Of a stretch of 57,148 bases of DNA, positions 19,468 to 27,534 are shown piece after piece; within the stretch, counting starts at the first letter, position 1; every line of letters begins with the position of its first letter. The translations under genes and the position numbers were made by a program. The stretch is from Candidatus Peregrinibacteria bacterium (lineage in GTDB: Bacteria; Patescibacteriota; Gracilibacteria; CAIRYL01). The notes beneath the pieces are model-generated. The model worked only from the letters and a program-made list of their open reading frames with translations. It ran no database searches and was not told the DNA's origin. The stretch spans positions 1 to 57,148 of the forward strand of contig JBAXIU010000001.1 of NCBI GenBank assembly GCA_037138215.1, read 5' to 3'.

Positions 19468-20346
19468 ATGTCTTCTTCCGATTTTCATGGCACCTTTACC
19501 GCACTGATTACTCCTTTTTTAGCCGATGAATCGGTGGACTTTGCATCTCTGGAAAAAATGATAGAAGACCAAATTGCCGCGGGTATTACGGGGTTGGTAA
19601 TGGTGGGAACAACAGGGGAAAGCCCCACGCTTACTTGGGACGAACATCAAACCGTTGTAAAATTTGCGGTCGATACCGCAAAAGGGCGCACAAAAATTAT
19701 TGCCGGAACGGGATCAAACGCAACGCATGAAGCAGTGGAACATTCCCAAATTGCGGAAAAAAATGGAGTAGATGCTCTTTTAGTGGTTTCGCCGTATTAT
19801 AATAAGCCTACGCAACAAGGGCTTTTTGAGTATTTCTCTACGGTTTGCCAGTCGGTTTCTATTCCCGTCATAGTATATAATATTCCTGGACGGTGTGGTG
19901 TAAATGTGGAAACAACAACCCTTTTGCGTATTGCACAGGCAAATAAAAACTGTGTGGGGGTAAAAGAGGCGAGTGGAAATATTGATCAAATGATGGAAGT
20001 CATTCGGACGATGCCCAAAAGTTTTACAGTCCTTTCTGGAGAAGAATATCTCACTTTTCCGCTTATGGCATTGGGAGGGCACGGGGTTATTTCGGTCCTT
20101 TCTAACGCGCTTCCGGTAGAAGTAAAAAAAATGGTGGATACTGCTCTGGCGGGGAACTTTGTTTTAGCCCGAGATCAGCATTTTGCGCTTCTTTCCCAAA
20201 TGAAGGCGTGTTTTATAGAAACTAATCCTCTTCCTATTAAAACGCTTCTTTCCGCAATGGGAAAATGCCAGGAGGTGTTTCGGTCTCCCTTATGCAAAAT
20301 GGGAGAAGGGAATAAAAAGAACCTTTTAGAGGCGTTTGGGAAATAG
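19468..20346 (+). CDS. dapA: 4-hydroxy-tetrahydrodipicolinate synthase
   Basis: FHGTFTALITPF, GTTGESPTL, VVSPYYNKPTQQGL, and a KEASGN lysine block are all DapA signatures. Confidence 0.9.
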   Translation: MSSSDFHGTFTALITPFLADESVDFASLEKMIEDQIAAGITGLVMVGTTGESPTLTWDEHQTVVKFAVDTAKGRTKIIAGTGSNATHEAVEHSQIAEKNGVDALLVVSPYYNKPTQQGLFEYFSTVCQSVSIPVIVYNIPGRCGVNVETTTLLRIAQANKNCVGVKEASGNIDQMMEVIRTMPKSFTVLSGEEYLTFPLMALGGHGVISVLSNALPVEVKKMVDTALAGNFVLARDQHFALLSQMKACFIETNPLPIKTLLSAMGKCQEVFRSPLCKMGEGNKKNLLEAFGK

Positions 20347-20359
20347 TTTGGGAAAAATA

Positions 20360-20397
20360 GACCCCGCGGGTTTTTCGGTCCATTAACCCGCGGGGTC
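20360..20397. repeat. 12-bp-stem GC-rich hairpin downstream of dapA
   Basis: gaccccgcgggt (20360-20371) and acccgcggggtc (20386-20397) are perfect reverse complements with a 14-nt loop. No U-tract after the stem. Confidence 0.8.
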
Positions 20398-20407
20398 GAA
20401 CAGGAGG

Positions 20408-20436
20408 TTGACAACCAAAAATGCTTCCCTTATATT
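20408..20436 (+). promoter_or_regulatory. Near-consensus sigma70 promoter
   Basis: TTGACA (20408-20413), exactly 17 nt, TATATT (20431-20436). Confidence 0.7.
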
Positions 20437-20452
20437 TTGCCAGCACTCTGGA

Positions 20453-20554
20453 ATGAGTAATTTTTTATCCATGAACTTCTTGAAGAAAACGATTTTTGGC
20501 GGAAAAGTTTGTACATGCTGCGTATGTTTTTGCCCGGAGGGCGGAATATCGTAG
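20453..20554 (+). CDS. 33-codon Cys-rich micro-ORF (candidate leader peptide or precursor peptide)
   Basis: ATG 20453 to TAG 20552-20554 gives MSNFLSMNFLKKTIFGGKVCTCCVCFCPEGGIS, with 5 Cys in 8 consecutive codons (20510-20533). It lies between the promoter and the terminator and is too short for the ORF track. Confidence 0.45.
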   Translation: MSNFLSMNFLKKTIFGGKVCTCCVCFCPEGGIS

Positions 20555-20591
20555 TTTTTCATTTCCCACAGTAAAAGAAAAATATACGAGA

Positions 20592-20619
20592 ATCTGCCCG
20601 ACCCGGGCAGATTTTTTTG
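20592..20619 (+). terminator. Intrinsic terminator (possible attenuator)
   Basis: atctgcccg (20592-20600) / cgggcagat (20604-20612) 9-bp stem followed by T7. The upstream segment tgcccgg (20531-20537) can compete for the right arm. Confidence 0.8.
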
Positions 20620-20648
20620 TTTATTTATTCTTTTACTTTTTACATTCT

Positions 20649-20759
20649 ATGTCCGAAATAATTCACCGAGGAGTTGCCTCTGTTGCACGCCAAACTCAAT
20701 TACAAAATAACGGAAAAAGACGGAGAAATGCCCCAGAAGGATGGCTTTTCGAGGAGTAA
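20649..20759 (+). CDS. 36-aa small ORF ending in FEE
   Basis: ATG 20649 sits in the same ttctATGTC context as many genes here and gives MSEIIHRGVASVARQTQLQNNGKRRRNAPEGWLFEE. It is the only part of tracked ORF 20496-20759 that lies downstream of the terminator. Confidence 0.3.
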   Translation: MSEIIHRGVASVARQTQLQNNGKRRRNAPEGWLFEE

Positions 20760-20810
20760 TATTCTCATATTCTTCCTTTCATCCAACAACAGGCAGCAGC
20801 TCTCCATTTT

Positions 20811-21452
20811 ATGCTTCCGGATGCTCAGCCCTCAGACGAACAGGAAATTTTAGAACGGTCTGGAGATACACAGGCTTTGATGAAATATCTTCGTCCACGG
20901 CTTCATCCGGCAACTCGGCATTACGCCGATTCTATTGCTCCTCTCGTGGAAAGGCTTAAAACCGTAAGAACTAAGGAAGAGTCCGGCGAAATAATACATG
21001 CGTTTAATGCCTATATGCTGCCCACACTCCAAAACAGCAGCGCTTTTCAGGAGGCGCAGGAACATTTCACCTACCGAAAACAGCCCATTGTCGCCATTCC
21101 TGTAGAAATACGAGGAAAAATCTCTTATCTCCAGTGGAATCTTTTACATTTCCCTGAAGGATTTACGACTCCTCCGCACGATCACCCTGGAGTCGCATCA
21201 GAAGCCGCTATTCATGGCTATGGTGAAGAAAGGTATTACAGTCCCACTCCAAAAAAGGATGATCATGGATCTGTACTTCACGAAAAAGTCGGGAATCGCA
21301 TTATTATGCCGGGAGCAATCGTAACGGTTTCTGCAGAAGATAATTCTCCCGAAGTACTGCGCCACACAATAGAAGCAATATACAAAGATCTCTTTCAATC
21401 TAATATTTATTTCGGAAAAGATCTGGAATGCGCACGGATACCCATCCAATAA
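20811..21452 (+). CDS. Cupin-fold protein resembling cysteine (thiol) dioxygenase type I
   Basis: FPEGFTTPPHDHPGVASEAAIHGYGEERYY parallels the CDO block (pG..TpiHDH.....vl.G.l.E..Y). A further His lies in VLRHTIEA. 213 aa. Confidence 0.45.
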   Translation: MLPDAQPSDEQEILERSGDTQALMKYLRPRLHPATRHYADSIAPLVERLKTVRTKEESGEIIHAFNAYMLPTLQNSSAFQEAQEHFTYRKQPIVAIPVEIRGKISYLQWNLLHFPEGFTTPPHDHPGVASEAAIHGYGEERYYSPTPKKDDHGSVLHEKVGNRIIMPGAIVTVSAEDNSPEVLRHTIEAIYKDLFQSNIYFGKDLECARIPIQ

Positions 21453-21491
21453 TCTTCTTCCCTTCCCTCTTTTTGTATTTTTTTATCTCCT

Positions 21492-22436
21492 ATGTCTGCT
21501 CCTCTCAAACCCATTGGCATTTACTATGAAAATGAAAAATGGCTGCTTCCTCTTTTTGCCGAACTAAAAAAACAAAATATCCCGTTTGAAAAACTATTTG
21601 CTCCCGATCATCTCTTTGTTCCTCATCACCGAGAAAGCCCATATTCCCTGGTGATAAACCGCATGAGTCCGTCGGCGCATAAAAGAAATGCGGGACATAC
21701 TATCCTCTATACGCTCCAATATCTTGCATATCTTAAAAGCATTGGAGCCAATTTTCTGAATGGTTATGAAACCTTCGTTTTAGAATCCTCAAAAGCCTAT
21801 CAGGCAAATATTTTTGAGGAACTCGACATAAAATATCCCAAAACCGTCGTGGTAAACGATATCCAAAATCTTGTCCGTGCTTCAGAGAAACTTCGCTTTC
21901 CCGTCCTCACAAAATCAAACATTGGGGGAAGTGGTGCAGGAATTCAAAAGTTTCATTCTCGAGACGATCTTCAAAAAGCGGTAGCAGATAAATCACTGGA
22001 AGTGAGTGTGGATAATATCATCTTGCTTCAAGAATACCTGACCCCAAAAGGTGGAACCATTGTGCGGGTAGAAGTGCTGAACGACGAATTTCTCTACGCC
22101 ATAAAAATAAATGTGCAGGGAGAATCCTTTAACCTTTGCCCAGCGGAAGATTGTGGTACGGAAGGTTCTGCGTGTACCATTGCCCGAAGCATTGCGGCGG
22201 AGAATTACCTTCCTCCTCTTGCAGTCATTGAAACCGTGAAAAAAATATTTCAGCACACTGGGATTGAAATAGGGGGCGTGGAATATCTCGTAAACGAAGA
22301 GGATGGGGAAATATACTATTACGATATTAACACCCTCTCCAATTTTGTAACAAATGCTACGGATGTAGTGGGATTTGATCCTTGGCAAAATTTTGTAGAA
22401 TATATTGTGCAGAAAGCGGAAGGTGGAAATTTCTAA
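21492..22436 (+). CDS. ATP-grasp ligase (RimK / glutathione-synthetase-like fold)
   Basis: FPVLTKSNIGGSGAGIQKF, ILLQEYL, and GGVEYLVNEEDGEIYYYDINTLSNF match ATP-grasp nucleotide and Mg-binding blocks. Confidence 0.7.
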   Translation: MSAPLKPIGIYYENEKWLLPLFAELKKQNIPFEKLFAPDHLFVPHHRESPYSLVINRMSPSAHKRNAGHTILYTLQYLAYLKSIGANFLNGYETFVLESSKAYQANIFEELDIKYPKTVVVNDIQNLVRASEKLRFPVLTKSNIGGSGAGIQKFHSRDDLQKAVADKSLEVSVDNIILLQEYLTPKGGTIVRVEVLNDEFLYAIKINVQGESFNLCPAEDCGTEGSACTIARSIAAENYLPPLAVIETVKKIFQHTGIEIGGVEYLVNEEDGEIYYYDINTLSNFVTNATDVVGFDPWQNFVEYIVQKAEGGNF

Positions 22437-22453
22437 ATCATCTCTCCTTTTTT

Positions 22454-23239
22454 ATGAAAAAAATCCTTGTTTTTCAACACGCTGGATACAAGCCCTACGG
22501 AACGCTCAATCCTCTTCTCAAAGAGAAAGGGCTTCGGCTGCGGTATGTAAATTTTGACCGCGATGCAGAGGCAAAACCGAGTATGGAGAAATACCACGGA
22601 TTGGTGGTTTTTGGGAGCGATAAGGGAGTGTATGAATCCCAAAAACACGAACATATTAAAACCGAAATGCAGGTCATTGAAGAGGCGTTGAAAAAGGGAG
22701 TTCCTATCCTGTGCATTTGTTTTGGTGCCCAAATGCTGGCAAGTGTATTGGGCGCCGAAGTGCGTAAAAGTCCGGTAAAAGAAATAGGATGGCATGATGT
22801 GCACCTCACTGAGGAAGGGCAAAAAGATGCGCTCCTCTCTCATTTTCAGAGTCCGGAAAAGGTTTTTCAGTACCATCGAGATACCTTTGATATTCCCCAA
22901 ACTGCCACGCATTTGGCGTATTCGGATGCGTTGCCAGCACAAGCATTTCGATATGGAGAACACGCTTATGGTCTGCAATTTCATTTAGAGGTGAATCCGC
23001 TCAATATTTCTCGGTGTCTTCAAAATGAAAAAAATAAGAATGAGATGCAAGAGATCCATGGAGAATCTTTTGAAGAAAAAATAAAAGCGCATACTCATCA
23101 GCATATTGCTCGTTCTATGGATTTAAGCCAAAAAACATTTTCCGCATTTATAGATTTATTTGGTTTCCAAAAATCCATTATTTTGGGGTCTGATCATGGT
23201 GGAAAAATAACCACTGGAGATGAATTTTTTCGCGTATAA
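22454..23239 (+). CDS. Class I glutamine amidotransferase-like protein (standalone GATase1 / peptidase C26 fold)
   Basis: PILCICFGAQMLA (nucleophile Cys elbow) and YGLQFHLE (His-Glu of the triad). Start at MKKILVFQH. Confidence 0.7.
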   Translation: MKKILVFQHAGYKPYGTLNPLLKEKGLRLRYVNFDRDAEAKPSMEKYHGLVVFGSDKGVYESQKHEHIKTEMQVIEEALKKGVPILCICFGAQMLASVLGAEVRKSPVKEIGWHDVHLTEEGQKDALLSHFQSPEKVFQYHRDTFDIPQTATHLAYSDALPAQAFRYGEHAYGLQFHLEVNPLNISRCLQNEKNKNEMQEIHGESFEEKIKAHTHQHIARSMDLSQKTFSAFIDLFGFQKSIILGSDHGGKITTGDEFFRV

Positions 23240-23366
23240 AAAAACGAGATAGGGGGTTTTGGGAGTATGAAAAATGAATTTTCTACTTTTTTTTAAAAAA
23301 CCCCTTGCACAGAGGTTTTGATTTCGATACTCTGCCCCAGCTTTATTTTTCTTCACGAGTACCCCA

Positions 23367-23636
23367 ATGAGCGGAACAGATGTTATAGAAGCCATAGGAG
23401 TTGTTGAAGAATGTCTTCCAAATGCAAGTTTTAAAGTGCTTTTGGATGATGAAATATTTGGAAAGGACTATCGTATTCATGCGACAGTTAGCGGAAAGAT
23501 TCGAAAGTTTCGGGTCCGCATTATCCCTGGAGATCGAGTGAGGGTAGAAATATCTCCTTATGATCTCACAAAAGGGCGCATTGTGTATCGGGAAAAGGAG
23601 CTTCCTCCTCAATCCCCTGTTGAGCAAGTTATTTAA
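23367..23636 (+). CDS. infA: Translation initiation factor IF-1 (with small insertion and C-terminal tail)
   Basis: [21 protein letters not shown]...[38 protein letters not shown] is the IF-1 S1-like domain. Confidence 0.9.
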   Translation: MSGTDVIEAIGVVEECLPNASFKVLLDDEIFGKDYRIHATVSGKIRKFRVRIIPGDRVRVEISPYDLTKGRIVYREKELPPQSPVEQVI

Positions 23637-23641
23637 TCACT

Positions 23642-23758
23642 ATGAAGGTTCGTTCGTCTGTTAAGCCAATCTGTCGGAATTGCAAGGTTATTCGAAGAAA
23701 GAGTGTTCTTCGAGTGGTTTGCTCAACCGATCCGCGTCATAAACAACGCCAAGGGTAA
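23642..23758 (+). CDS. rpmJ: 50S ribosomal protein L36
   Basis: Hand-translated to [38 protein letters not shown] (38 aa, CxxC...C...H zinc ribbon). Below the ORF-track length cutoff. Confidence 0.9.
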   Translation: MKVRSSVKPICRNCKVIRRKSVLRVVCSTDPRHKQRQG

Positions 23759-23772
23759 TTTTTTATTTTTAA

Positions 23773-24135
23773 ATGGCTCGTATTGCTGGTGTAAATCTGC
23801 CGAATAAGCGAATGGTAATCGCACTCACATATATTTATGGGGTGGGTCTTCCGAGGTCTCAGGAGGTTCTGAAAAAATTGGGAATATCTGAAGATGTTCG
23901 TGCGCACACTGTCTCAGAGGATGATGTTCAGCGCATCCGAAAAGAGCTTGAAAGTTTTTTAGTAGAGGGGGATCTTCGGCAAAAAGTAGCGGCAGATATT
24001 CGTCGTCTTCAAGATATTGCGTGTTATCGTGGGCGTCGTCATCGACTGGGCTTGCCTTGTAGAGGGCAGCAAACGAAAACGAATTGCCGCACGAAAAAGG
24101 GGAAAAAACGAACAGTGGCAAATAAGAAAAAATAG
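23773..24135 (+). CDS. rpsM: 30S ribosomal protein S13
   Basis: [25 protein letters not shown]... is the canonical S13 N-terminus. Position follows rpmJ. Confidence 0.95.
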   Translation: MARIAGVNLPNKRMVIALTYIYGVGLPRSQEVLKKLGISEDVRAHTVSEDDVQRIRKELESFLVEGDLRQKVAADIRRLQDIACYRGRRHRLGLPCRGQQTKTNCRTKKGKKRTVANKKK

Positions 24136-24155
24136 TTATTTCAACTCTCTCTCGT

Positions 24156-24548
24156 ATGGCAGATCCCAAAAAGTCAGCGGCTAAAAAAAAGGTAAAACGA
24201 AGTGTTCCTTCTGCACGAGTAAATATTAGTGCAGGATTTAATAATACACTGGTAACCGTAGCGGATTTAGAAGGAATGGTTCTTTCTTGGTCTTCTGCCG
24301 GTGCTTCTGGATTTAAAGGATCTAAGAAGTCTACTCCGTATGCAGCGCAAATGGCATCAGAGAATGCTATTGCGAAAGCGAAAATATACGGTATTGAGCG
24401 AGCAACCGTTTTTATAGACGGAGTGGGTCCTGGTCGGGAACAAGCCATTCGAGGGCTTCATTTAGCAGGAATTGATATTATTGCTATTATTGATAAGACT
24501 ACTGTTCCTCATGGAGGGTGTCGTGCAAAGAATCCTCGAAAAATCTAA
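24156..24548 (+). CDS. rpsK: 30S ribosomal protein S11
   Basis: ARVNISAGFNNTLVTVADLEG...SAGASGFKGSKKSTPYAAQ is the S11 signature. Confidence 0.95.
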   Translation: MADPKKSAAKKKVKRSVPSARVNISAGFNNTLVTVADLEGMVLSWSSAGASGFKGSKKSTPYAAQMASENAIAKAKIYGIERATVFIDGVGPGREQAIRGLHLAGIDIIAIIDKTTVPHGGCRAKNPRKI

Positions 24549-24569
24549 TCTTTCTTCTTTTTGTTTGTT

Positions 24570-25172
24570 ATGCGGTATACTGGACCACGAAATCGATTGG
24601 CGCGACGCGAAGGACAGGATCTCTTTCTTAAGAGTTCTTCTGTGGACACTTCTCGTCCATTAGGGTTTGCGGGATCCTTAAAAAAAGGAGGAAAATTGTC
24701 TGAATACGGACAACAGCTTCGAGAAAAACAGAAGGCAAAACGAATTTTTGGGGTAACAGAAAAAACATTCCGAAATTACTATAAAAAGGCGTCTCAAAAG
24801 CGAGGGGCTGCAACAGGATTTACACTTCTCTCTTTTTTGGAAACACGATTAGATAATGTGGTGTATCGTTCTGGTTTCGCTCTTACTCGTGCTCAGGCCC
24901 GACAAATGGTGAATCATGGAGTGTTTTTGATCAATGGAGCAAAGGTTGACATTCCTTCGTACCAAGTAAAGACGGGGGATAAGATTACTGTTCGCGAGAG
25001 ATCTTTGGATCATCCCGTTTTTCGAGAGATGTCTGATCAAAAAACATTCCCTCCCAAATGGTTAAGTGTAGATTTAAAAGGGCGAAATATTTCTGTGATG
25101 CGGTCTTTAGAGGAGGATGAGGCAGAACCCGCTATTCAAATTCAATCCATCATCGAGTTTTACTCTCGGTAA
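24570..25172 (+). CDS. rpsD: 30S ribosomal protein S4
   Basis: MRYTGPRNRLARREG..., a C-terminal S4 RNA-binding domain, and ATG at 24570. Confidence 0.95.
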   Translation: MRYTGPRNRLARREGQDLFLKSSSVDTSRPLGFAGSLKKGGKLSEYGQQLREKQKAKRIFGVTEKTFRNYYKKASQKRGAATGFTLLSFLETRLDNVVYRSGFALTRAQARQMVNHGVFLINGAKVDIPSYQVKTGDKITVRERSLDHPVFREMSDQKTFPPKWLSVDLKGRNISVMRSLEEDEAEPAIQIQSIIEFYSR

Positions 25173-25189
25173 TTTTTCTTTTTCTTCCA

Positions 25190-26176
25190 ATGCACATTAT
25201 TCAAGAAGAAATCGGGATCCCCAAGATTGTAGAGAAAGTTATCTCTCCTGTGGCATCTCTGTTTATTATCTCTCCTCTCCCTGCTGGTTTCGGGCAAACC
25301 CTTGGAAACGCACTTCGAAGAACCCTTCTTTCATCTGTTCCTGGTACAGGAATGGCAGCAGTAAAGGTAAAAGGCGCTCCTCATGAATACACCTCTCTTA
25401 TAGGGGTGAAAGATAGTGTATTAGATCTTATTCTTTCGTTAAAGAAAGTTTCTTTTCAAATGCAAGGGAAAGAGCCTCTGGTTTTGAAGTTAGAAAAGAA
25501 GGGCGATGGACAAGTTTTAGCTGGAGATATTGAGGCGTCTGGAGATGTTGAAATTCTTAATCCTGATTTTGTTATTACTCATCTCGATAAAAAGACCACT
25601 TCTCTTTCTGTTGAAATTCGACTAGAAAAAGGTGTAGGGTATTCTTCTGCAAAAGAACGAAGAAAAGAGTCTGAAGATGCGGGATGGATTCTTTTGGATA
25701 CTATTTATTCTCCGATTCGCAAGGTTCGGTATGATGTAACGGCAGCTCGTGTGGGGGAACGAACAAACTTGGATCAGTTAGAATTAGAAATTGAAACAAC
25801 GGGAGCTCTTTCGCCTTCGGATGTCTTAAAGTTTTCAGCACGGATTTTAGAGAGCTATTTTACTTACTTCCAAACAGATCCTAATGAAGCGATCGAAGAA
25901 TCATTCTTTGCAGATTTTGCCCAATCGGGTGGAATGGGTGGAGAAGAAGGAGGGGATAAAAAAGAATCATATACTCCTATTGAGATTCTTAATCTTTCTC
26001 CTCGGACTCTTAATGCCCTCATTAATGGGAACATTGGATCTGTAGAAGAAGTGTTAAAGTGTACTCCTTCCCAATTAGAAGGGATGAGAGGGTTTGGGAA
26101 AAAGGCCATGACCGAGCTTATGGAAGCACTTGTAAAACATGGGTACGAATGGATACATGGACATGGTATCCAATAA
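25190..26176 (+). CDS. rpoA: DNA-directed RNA polymerase alpha subunit
   Basis: PLPAGFGQTLGNALRRTLLSSVPG and C-terminal domain LNLSPRTLNAL...L..GFGKKA. Conserved operon position. Confidence 0.95.
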   Translation: MHIIQEEIGIPKIVEKVISPVASLFIISPLPAGFGQTLGNALRRTLLSSVPGTGMAAVKVKGAPHEYTSLIGVKDSVLDLILSLKKVSFQMQGKEPLVLKLEKKGDGQVLAGDIEASGDVEILNPDFVITHLDKKTTSLSVEIRLEKGVGYSSAKERRKESEDAGWILLDTIYSPIRKVRYDVTAARVGERTNLDQLELEIETTGALSPSDVLKFSARILESYFTYFQTDPNEAIEESFFADFAQSGGMGGEEGGDKKESYTPIEILNLSPRTLNALINGNIGSVEEVLKCTPSQLEGMRGFGKKAMTELMEALVKHGYEWIHGHGIQ

Positions 26177-26196
26177 TATTTTTCTTTCGTTTATTT

Positions 26197-26565
26197 ATGC
26201 GACATAGAGTTAAAGGACATCGGCTGGGACGAACGGATGCCCCTCGAAAGGCACTTATTCGGAATTTAGTTACTTCTCTTATCCTTCATGAGAAAATTGT
26301 AACAACAGAAGCAAAGGCTAAGGCTATTGCTCCTTTGTTTGATAGACTCGTAACGACAGTGAAAAATAAAGATTCCATGAATGCTATTCGAGATGTGAAG
26401 AGAATGGTTTTTGGGGAAGTGGCACAGCGAAAAATGATGGATGATATTAAACCTCGTTTTGAAAATCGGTCTTCTGGATATACTCGAATCCGAAAAATTG
26501 GATTTCGAGATGGCGATGGAGCACCGGAAGTACGACTTGAAATTTTTACCGAAATAAACGCATGA
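26197..26565 (+). CDS. rplQ: 50S ribosomal protein L17
   Basis: MRHRVKGHRLGRTDAPRKALIRNLVTSLILHEKIVTTEAKAK. Start at ATG 26197, after the rpoA stop. Confidence 0.95.
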   Translation: MRHRVKGHRLGRTDAPRKALIRNLVTSLILHEKIVTTEAKAKAIAPLFDRLVTTVKNKDSMNAIRDVKRMVFGEVAQRKMMDDIKPRFENRSSGYTRIRKIGFRDGDGAPEVRLEIFTEINA

Positions 26566-26993
26566 AAACTTACATCCCTTCTCAAGACGAGCTGAACCGA
26601 AAGTGGTATATTATTGATGCCGCTCATCAGGTAGTAGGACACATTGCTACTGAAGTTGCAAAGCGACTTCGGGGAAAACATCGTCCAGACTTTACCCCCC
26701 ATCTCGATATTGGAGATGCGATTGTCATTATCAATTCTGATAAGGTGGTATTGACGGGGAAAAAATGGAGTCAAAAGAAATACTACCGATACTCTGGGTA
26801 TGTGGGAAATTTAAAAGAGAAAAATGCAGAAAAAATGCACTCTGAGAACCCTGCATTTGTCCTGGAAACAGCGATAGCAGGAATGATTCCTCACACCAGA
26901 CTGAAAAAAGATATTTTAAAGCGCTTAAAAGTGTATGCTGGAACTGAACATCCTCATACTGCGCAACAACCAGAAACTCTCGTTATTTCGTAA
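26562..26993 (+). CDS. rplM: 50S ribosomal protein L13
   Basis: RKWYIIDAAHQVVGHIATEVAKRLRGKH. Overlaps the rplQ stop by 4 nt. Confidence 0.95.
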   Translation: MKTYIPSQDELNRKWYIIDAAHQVVGHIATEVAKRLRGKHRPDFTPHLDIGDAIVIINSDKVVLTGKKWSQKKYYRYSGYVGNLKEKNAEKMHSENPAFVLETAIAGMIPHTRLKKDILKRLKVYAGTEHPHTAQQPETLVIS

Positions 26994-26998
26994 TTTTT

Positions 26999-27421
26999 AT
27001 GTCTCTTCAAAAGACTCCTGCAAAAGCTGCTGAAAAAGCCTACTTTTACGCCCTTGGGAAAAGAAAAACGGCGATTGCTAAAGTATACCTTACTCCTGGA
27101 GTAAAGGGTGGAAAGCAAGAAGTAAATGGAAAAGACCTCGTAGAATATTTTCCAGGTATTCTGGGAGATAATGCGCTTTCTCCTCTTACGACAGTTCAAT
27201 TTTCTGACATTTCGTTAAAAGTAGTGGTTATTGGAGGAGGATCTTCTTCTCAGTCTGATGCGGTTCGACATGGAATCGCAAGAGCTTTAGAGCTTTACGA
27301 TCCTGCATATCGTCTTTCTCTTAAACGAGCAGGGTTACTGACACGAGATCCTCGAGTGAAAGAGCGAAAGAAACCGGGTCTCAAGAAGGCTCGTAGAAGT
27401 CCTCAGTGGTCAAAACGGTAA
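26999..27421 (+). CDS. rpsI: 30S ribosomal protein S9
   Basis: GGGSSSQSDAVRHGIARAL...LLTRDPRVKERKKPGLKKARRSPQWSKR is the S9 C-terminal signature. Confidence 0.95.
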   Translation: MSLQKTPAKAAEKAYFYALGKRKTAIAKVYLTPGVKGGKQEVNGKDLVEYFPGILGDNALSPLTTVQFSDISLKVVVIGGGSSSQSDAVRHGIARALELYDPAYRLSLKRAGLLTRDPRVKERKKPGLKKARRSPQWSKR

Positions 27422-27436
27422 TGTTTTACGAAAAGC

Positions 27437-27461
27437 CCTCCCATCGCGGAGGGTTTTTTTG
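27437..27461 (+). terminator. Intrinsic terminator of the ribosomal-protein operon
   Basis: ccctcc / ggaggg stem with 6-nt loop, followed by T7. Confidence 0.8.
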
Positions 27462-27534
27462 TAGGAGAAAAACTGAGATTGTCTTTTAAGGGGTATGTTG
27501 AAACAATGGGGATCGTATTTCACCCGGAAAAAGT

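Noticed and set aside
20441-20619. The leader could be a known riboswitch or a 6S-like sRNA (~175 nt between promoter and terminator).
   Set aside because: I could not recognise conserved cores of the SAM, T-box, glycine, ZTP, guanidine, fluoride or glutamine classes. The 5' and 3' ends do not form an obvious long closing stem as in 6S RNA. The Cys-rich ORF plus competing arm explains the layout better. A covariance-model scan would still be needed to settle this.
20496-20759. 87-aa tracked ORF spanning the dapA-cupin intergenic region.
   Set aside because: It reads straight through a strong intrinsic terminator hairpin and U-tract and starts at a non-ATG codon. Only its last 36 codons (from ATG 20649, downstream of the terminator) were kept, as a low-confidence small ORF.
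23290-23345. Possible promoter for the infA operon (TTGCAC...GATACT or TTGATT...CTTTAT).
   Set aside because: Spacer lengths (15 nt) or -10 hexamers are poor, so this is not supportable as a feature.
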